From positions 1,130,330-1,194,329 of the forward strand of contig NC_069008.1 in the NCBI RefSeq assembly GCF_001194135.2: DNA of 64,000 nucleotides, given 5' to 3'. Made by a program: the position numbers and the translations under genes. The notes beneath the pieces were generated by a model, which was not told where the DNA came from, searched no databases, and worked only from the letters and a program-made list of their open reading frames with translations. The stretch comes from Octopus bimaculoides (lineage: Eukaryota). This document shows positions 59,558 to 64,000 of this stretch, piece after piece; positions within the stretch are counted from its first letter, which is position 1, and each line of letters begins with the position of its first letter.

Positions 59558-62500
59558 ATATATGTTTGTGTCTCTATTTATGTCCCCCCAACATCGCTTG
59601 ACAACCGATGCTGGTGTCCCCATAACTTAGCGGTTTGGCAAAAGAGACCGATAGAATAAGTACTAGGCATCCAAAGAATAAGTCCAGTCCCGGGGTCGAT
59701 TTGCTCGACTAATGGTGGTGCTCCAGCATGGCCGCAGTCAAATGACTGAAACAAGTAAAAGAGTAAAGAGAGTCCATGATGGATTAGATAATTTAGTTCT
59801 AGACTGTTTGTGTCTGAAAGAAAGAGAGAGAATGGGCACAACTAGAACACTATTGATCATAGGTCTTGTGGGTTTATAATGACCTAGGGCTAAATAATGA
59901 GAAAAGAAAAATTAGTGAATTTCGTTCTAGAATTATGTTTGAATGAAAAAGCAAGAATAGGTACAAACATAACATAATCATTGTATTTTTCTTTCTTGCT
60001 TTTTTTTTGTTTTTTTGTTTTTCATCTCAGACTTTTGACCAGTTTGCACCAATTCTGGGCAGTGTGTTCCAACATGTAAAGCAGGAATTTATAATCATAC
60101 TTCAAAGTGGACAAATTTTTATTTGGCGCGAAACTGTTCTAGGTGAGTGTTTATTGCCAGTTTCAGTGGAGGCGCAATGGCCCAGTGGTTAGGGCAGCGG
60201 ACTTGCGGTCATAGGATCACGGTTTCGATTCCCAGACCGGGCGTTGTGAGTGTTTACTGAGCGAAAACACCTAAGAGCTCCATGAGGCTCCGGCAGGGGA
60301 TGGTGGTGAACCCTGCTGTACTCTTTCACCACAACTTTCTCTCACTCTTTCTTCCTGTTTCTGTTGTGCCTGTAATTCAAAGGGGCCAGCCTTGTCACAC
60401 TGTGTCACGCTGAATATCCCCGAGAACTACGTTAAGGGTACACATGTCTGTGGAGTGCTCAGCCACTTGCACGTTAATTTCATGAGCAGGCTGTTCCGTT
60501 GATCGGATCAACTGGAACCCTCAACGTCGTAAGCGACAGAGTGCCAACAATTGTCAGTTCCTAGAACCACAATCAGCCCCCTCACCCCAACCCTTTACAG
60601 TGTGAGCACAATAGCACAATATTTTGAAAATAGCAGCCAAATCTTCCTCAAATTATGTTCTACTGTCTTATGCATGATTTAAACTACTTCTGGTAGTGGG
60701 GCTCTGGTTTTGGAGATCCAAGGTTTTCAGGATTGTGGAACCACCTCTTAATCACTATAGTTTCCAGGTCTACTCTGACCTGGAGTAGAAGCACCTGTTA
60801 GGTCCCAGTTAAGGGTTAACTAGCATATGTGATGACATTCCATTTGAGTGTGGGAACAAAGAAATACCCTTGGTTGGTGTCAGGGCGCACAGTGAAACCT
60901 CTGGGTGAGAGAGGTCCCTAACTGTTGTTACAGCATCCTTCTAAGGGAAGGACACTTTGATGTAAAGCCAGCAGTTTCATGTGATTACTGATCATCTCCC
61001 TTCAGCCTTTCATTTGGGATTAATTACTGAGGCCCCGACGAGTGTCTATCACTCTAATCCAGTGACATACAGATGTGTCTTTATAGTGACCTTATATGTC
61101 ATTCCATCTACTAAAAGTCCTATGGTGTAGAAGAGTGGTGACGTATGAAGACATAACCATTTGGAAGTGTGCAGTAAGTATGACTTTCGTCTGTTGCCTA
61201 TGCTTCGAGTGTTTATCTTTGCATTGATATTTTCAGAAAATGAAGTTATTTCCAAAGAACTTTCCAGTTTTTGTGATGTTTCTTCTGACACAAAATGGAC
61301 AGTTTCACAGGATTGGTTATTTGCTACAAACACACAAGAAACAAAGTAAGTGGCCCCTGCGTTTCCTCCTTGTTCCTAAATTTTTGTAACAGCACAGGTG
61401 TAGCTGTATAGTTAAGTAGCTTGCTTTTCAGCCCTGTAGTTTTGAGTTCAATTACTCTGTGCAGTACATTGGGCAAGTGTCTTCTAGTATAGCCCCTGGC
61501 TGACCAAAGCCTTACGAGTGGATTTGGTAGACAGAAACTGAGGGAAACCCATCGTGTGTGTGTGTGTGTGTGTGTATCTCTTATCTTTTACTTGTTGCAG
61601 TCATTAGACTGCAAACATGCCGGTGCATGATTGCTCCAGCATGGCCACAGTCCAATGACTGAAACAAGTTAAAAGGTATAAGGGAATTAGTGACTCATTT
61701 GACATGTGGTCAAGATAAGACATGTTAACTGCTTTGTACAGAGGTTGAGTGTATGTACCATCTGGTGATATTTGTTGGGCTACTGTTAGGGACCTGCAAT
61801 GAGAGACATAGAACAAAACAGATTCTACTGCACCACTACCACCAATACCAACACCACCATCATAGCTACTGTCACCACCTAAAAAGAACCCTGTTTTCTC
61901 TTATTTCAAGGGTCTGGAATTTGACCAATGGAGAATGCCTACAGAGAATTACACACACAAATGAGCAGGCAATGGGTGTGTTCATGGTGATGAAGACTCT
62001 ACAGGTTTCTGGTCTGTTCACTAACGAAGCTATTTACCTGTTGCAGGTAAGTCTAACACCTATTTTGTGCTTCACATATCTTATAAAATTTTGTCTTGCA
62101 TGACTGTGGTTCCACTACTTGAATACTATTGACTGGTGTTTTATGTGTACTACAACAGTGGGCTGACCTTTCTTTGCTGTTGTTTCTGCCAAATCCCTGC
62201 ATTTTCAGTTTTGTTATTCTTCTGCTTCCTGTACAAGCCCTGAGAGAAATCCTTCCCCTCCTGGTTCTTGTTGGGCTTGAATTATTATCAATGTTTCTTT
62301 AACTTTTTTTTTGTTTTTTTTTTGCTAGGTAGGTGTGTTGCCCCTTTCTAAAGCCATTTTTGCATCTGGGAAGTGATGATCCACATAAGTCTGGCTTCTA
62401 TCCTTTCACCTTCCCAGCATGGGGGACCCTAACAGTAGCTTGTGCTCTGTAGGTAGGGCTCTCAGGGTTACTGAAGCACACAGGCCACCTCATTGCAACA

Positions 62501-63746
62501 AGGGGTGGACCTTGTGGTGACCAACTGACCATTGGAAGCATGAAAAAAAAAAAAACCCATCATCATCATTGTTTAACGTCCGCTTTCCATGCTGGCACAA
62601 GTCAGATGGTTTGACTGAGGACTGGCGAGCTGGGAGGCTGCCCCAGGCTCCAATCTGATCTGGCAAATTTTCTACAGCTGGATTCCCTTCCTAACACCAA
62701 CCACTCCGAGAGTGTAGTGGGTGCTGTTTACATGCCACCAGCATGNNNNNNNNNNNNNNNNNNNNNNNNNNNNNNNNNNNNNNNNNNNNNNNNNNNTCAG
62801 GTGGCACTGGCATCAGCTATGCTCAAATAGTGCTTTTCACATGCCACCAGCATGGGGGCCAGTCAGGTGGCACTGGCATCAGCTATGCTCAAATAGTGCT
62901 TTTCACATGCCACCAGCATGGGGGCCAGTCAGGTGGCACTGGCATCAACCATGCTCAAATGGTGCCTTTTTATGTGCCAGCATGGGTACCAGTCAGGCAG
63001 TACTGTCATTGGCCACAACAGTTTCACTTGACGCTGTAGGTCTTCTCAAACATAGCATATTGCTTGAAGATTGAAGGGAAATCTTAAATGGCCCGGTTAT
63101 GTGACACTGGCGTAGGCCATGGCTACAATCTCACTTGGCTTGTCAGGTTTTCTCAAGCACAGCGCATCTCCAAAGGTCTTGGTCACTTTGAAATGAAGAG
63201 GAGGATGATAACGATGATGAAGATATGTTATAATCATCTAATTAGTCTTGACTCCAGTCATCATTATCACTGCTGTTGCAAGGGCATTGAGCTGGCAGAA
63301 TCGTTAGCACACTGGGCAAAGGCAAAATGCTTAGTGACATACTGTCTGTCTCAATGTTCTGAGTTCAAATTCCACTGAGGCTGACTTTGCCTTTCATCCT
63401 TTTGGGGTCAATAAAATGATTACCAGTTGAGTACTGGGGTCAATGTAATCGACTTACCCTCAACCTTGAACTTGCTGGCCTTTTGCCAAAATTTTAAACC
63501 ATTGTTACTGTTATTGTTGCTGTTGTTGTTGTCAACATTATTATTGTCCATTAAAATATAACCCTGTTGTCTCTCCTCCCTTCTCCACCATACTACATCT
63601 CCCCACCATAGTTGCACTTATTGACCCACGAAACACTGTCGTTTCATCCTATATTCCAGCAAGAGCCACCCCCAGTCAACACTGGATGCCTACCCACCAA
63701 CAACCATTATCGCTCGGAAGCATTGAATGTAGCCCTGCTGGACCAA
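55430..63746 (+). CDS. HPS6: HPS6-like BLOC-2 subunit, first 9 coding exons (continues past the window)
   Basis: Phase-consistent exons: 55430-55480, 55965-56102, 56270-56374, 57448-57709, 59070-59164, 60031-60142, 61237-61345, 61911-62046, 63660-63746. The peptide VLDVLINANPCNPALATIIYV-VEESGHVQCW...RVTSACLLPEHHLLYWCEQQQR aligns by eye with recalled human HPS6 [28 protein letters not shown]...RVVAVAALRGRLVWCEERQ. The gene model is well supported; the name rests on recall, not a search. Confidence 0.75.
57448..57709 (+). CDS. HPS6: HPS6-like exon 4 (VEESGHVQCW...LLYWCEQQQ...YKLQLP)
   Basis: ttttcag| acceptor and |gtaata donor; longest and most diagnostic exon. Confidence 0.8.
58080..58430. 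repeat. Degenerate ~45-65-bp tandem repeat (ccagaattcttcaaaaagaccctaacctgtaa...)
   Basis: Six to seven related units. Confidence 0.75.
60166..60550 (+). mobile_element. SINE family B, full-length copy (tRNA-derived head)
   Basis: gtggaggcgcaatggcccagtggttagggcagcgg...ggtttcgattcc A/B boxes. Copies at 46100-46467(-), 29620-30235(-) and 30950-31275(-). Confidence 0.85.
62797..63000. repeat. Tandem 63-bp subrepeat expansion inside SINE family C
   Basis: ccagtcaggtggcactggcatcagctatgctcaaatagtgcttttcacatgccaccagcatgggg occurs about 3 times. Confidence 0.8.
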
Positions 63747-64000
63747 GTAAGTACAATTCATTCTCTGTCTGTTCGTCTCCCTAACGTAGCGTGGCTGTAT
63801 TTTTATATTATTTAGTCTATATAGAAACCTATATGTTATACTGTCCAATAATGACTATATAATTGGATCTATCTAGAGGACTGTGTGGCGGCGTGTAGCT
63901 TAGTGGTTAAGGTGTTGGACTCGTGATCATTAGGTTGTGGTTTCAATTCCTGGACTGGGCAACACATTGTTTTCTTGAACAAAACACTTCATTTCACATT

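Overview
This is AT-rich, repeat-dense animal genomic DNA from a short-read-type assembly, with about 19 N-gaps that mostly abut microsatellites. The SINE, LINE and MITE repertoire looks like octopus/cephalopod DNA (inference). Almost all ORFs in the supplied track are artefacts of microsatellites, N-gaps or SINEs. Two intron-rich genes can be rebuilt by hand from GT-AG exons with consistent phases. (1) AHI1/jouberin lies on the minus strand, from ATG 54350 through 28 exons to 21122, where it runs into a gap; it has a K-rich N-terminus, a C2-like region and a WD40 propeller, and its SH3 exon(s) are not visible. (2) An HPS6-like (BLOC-2) gene lies on the plus strand, with ATG at 55430 and at least 9 exons, continuing beyond the window. 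The two genes are head-to-head, about 1.08 kb apart. The spacer holds a degenerate duplicate of the AHI1 first exon and a TA-flanked MITE. Introns carry four tRNA- or LINE-related SINE families, RTE-like and RLE-type LINE fragments, maT (DD37D) and mariner transposase remnants, TTAA-, hAT- and Helentron-type non-autonomous elements, and Penelope-like LTR pieces with minimal hammerhead-ribozyme motifs. The most notable observations are the hammerhead motifs (one inside a tRNA-head/inverted-pLTR composite element), an inverted LINE pair flanking an in-frame AHI1 exon, a 108-bp-arm fold-back, and the duplicated first exon in the bidirectional promoter. No CRISPR array, rRNA or bona fide tRNA gene is supported.
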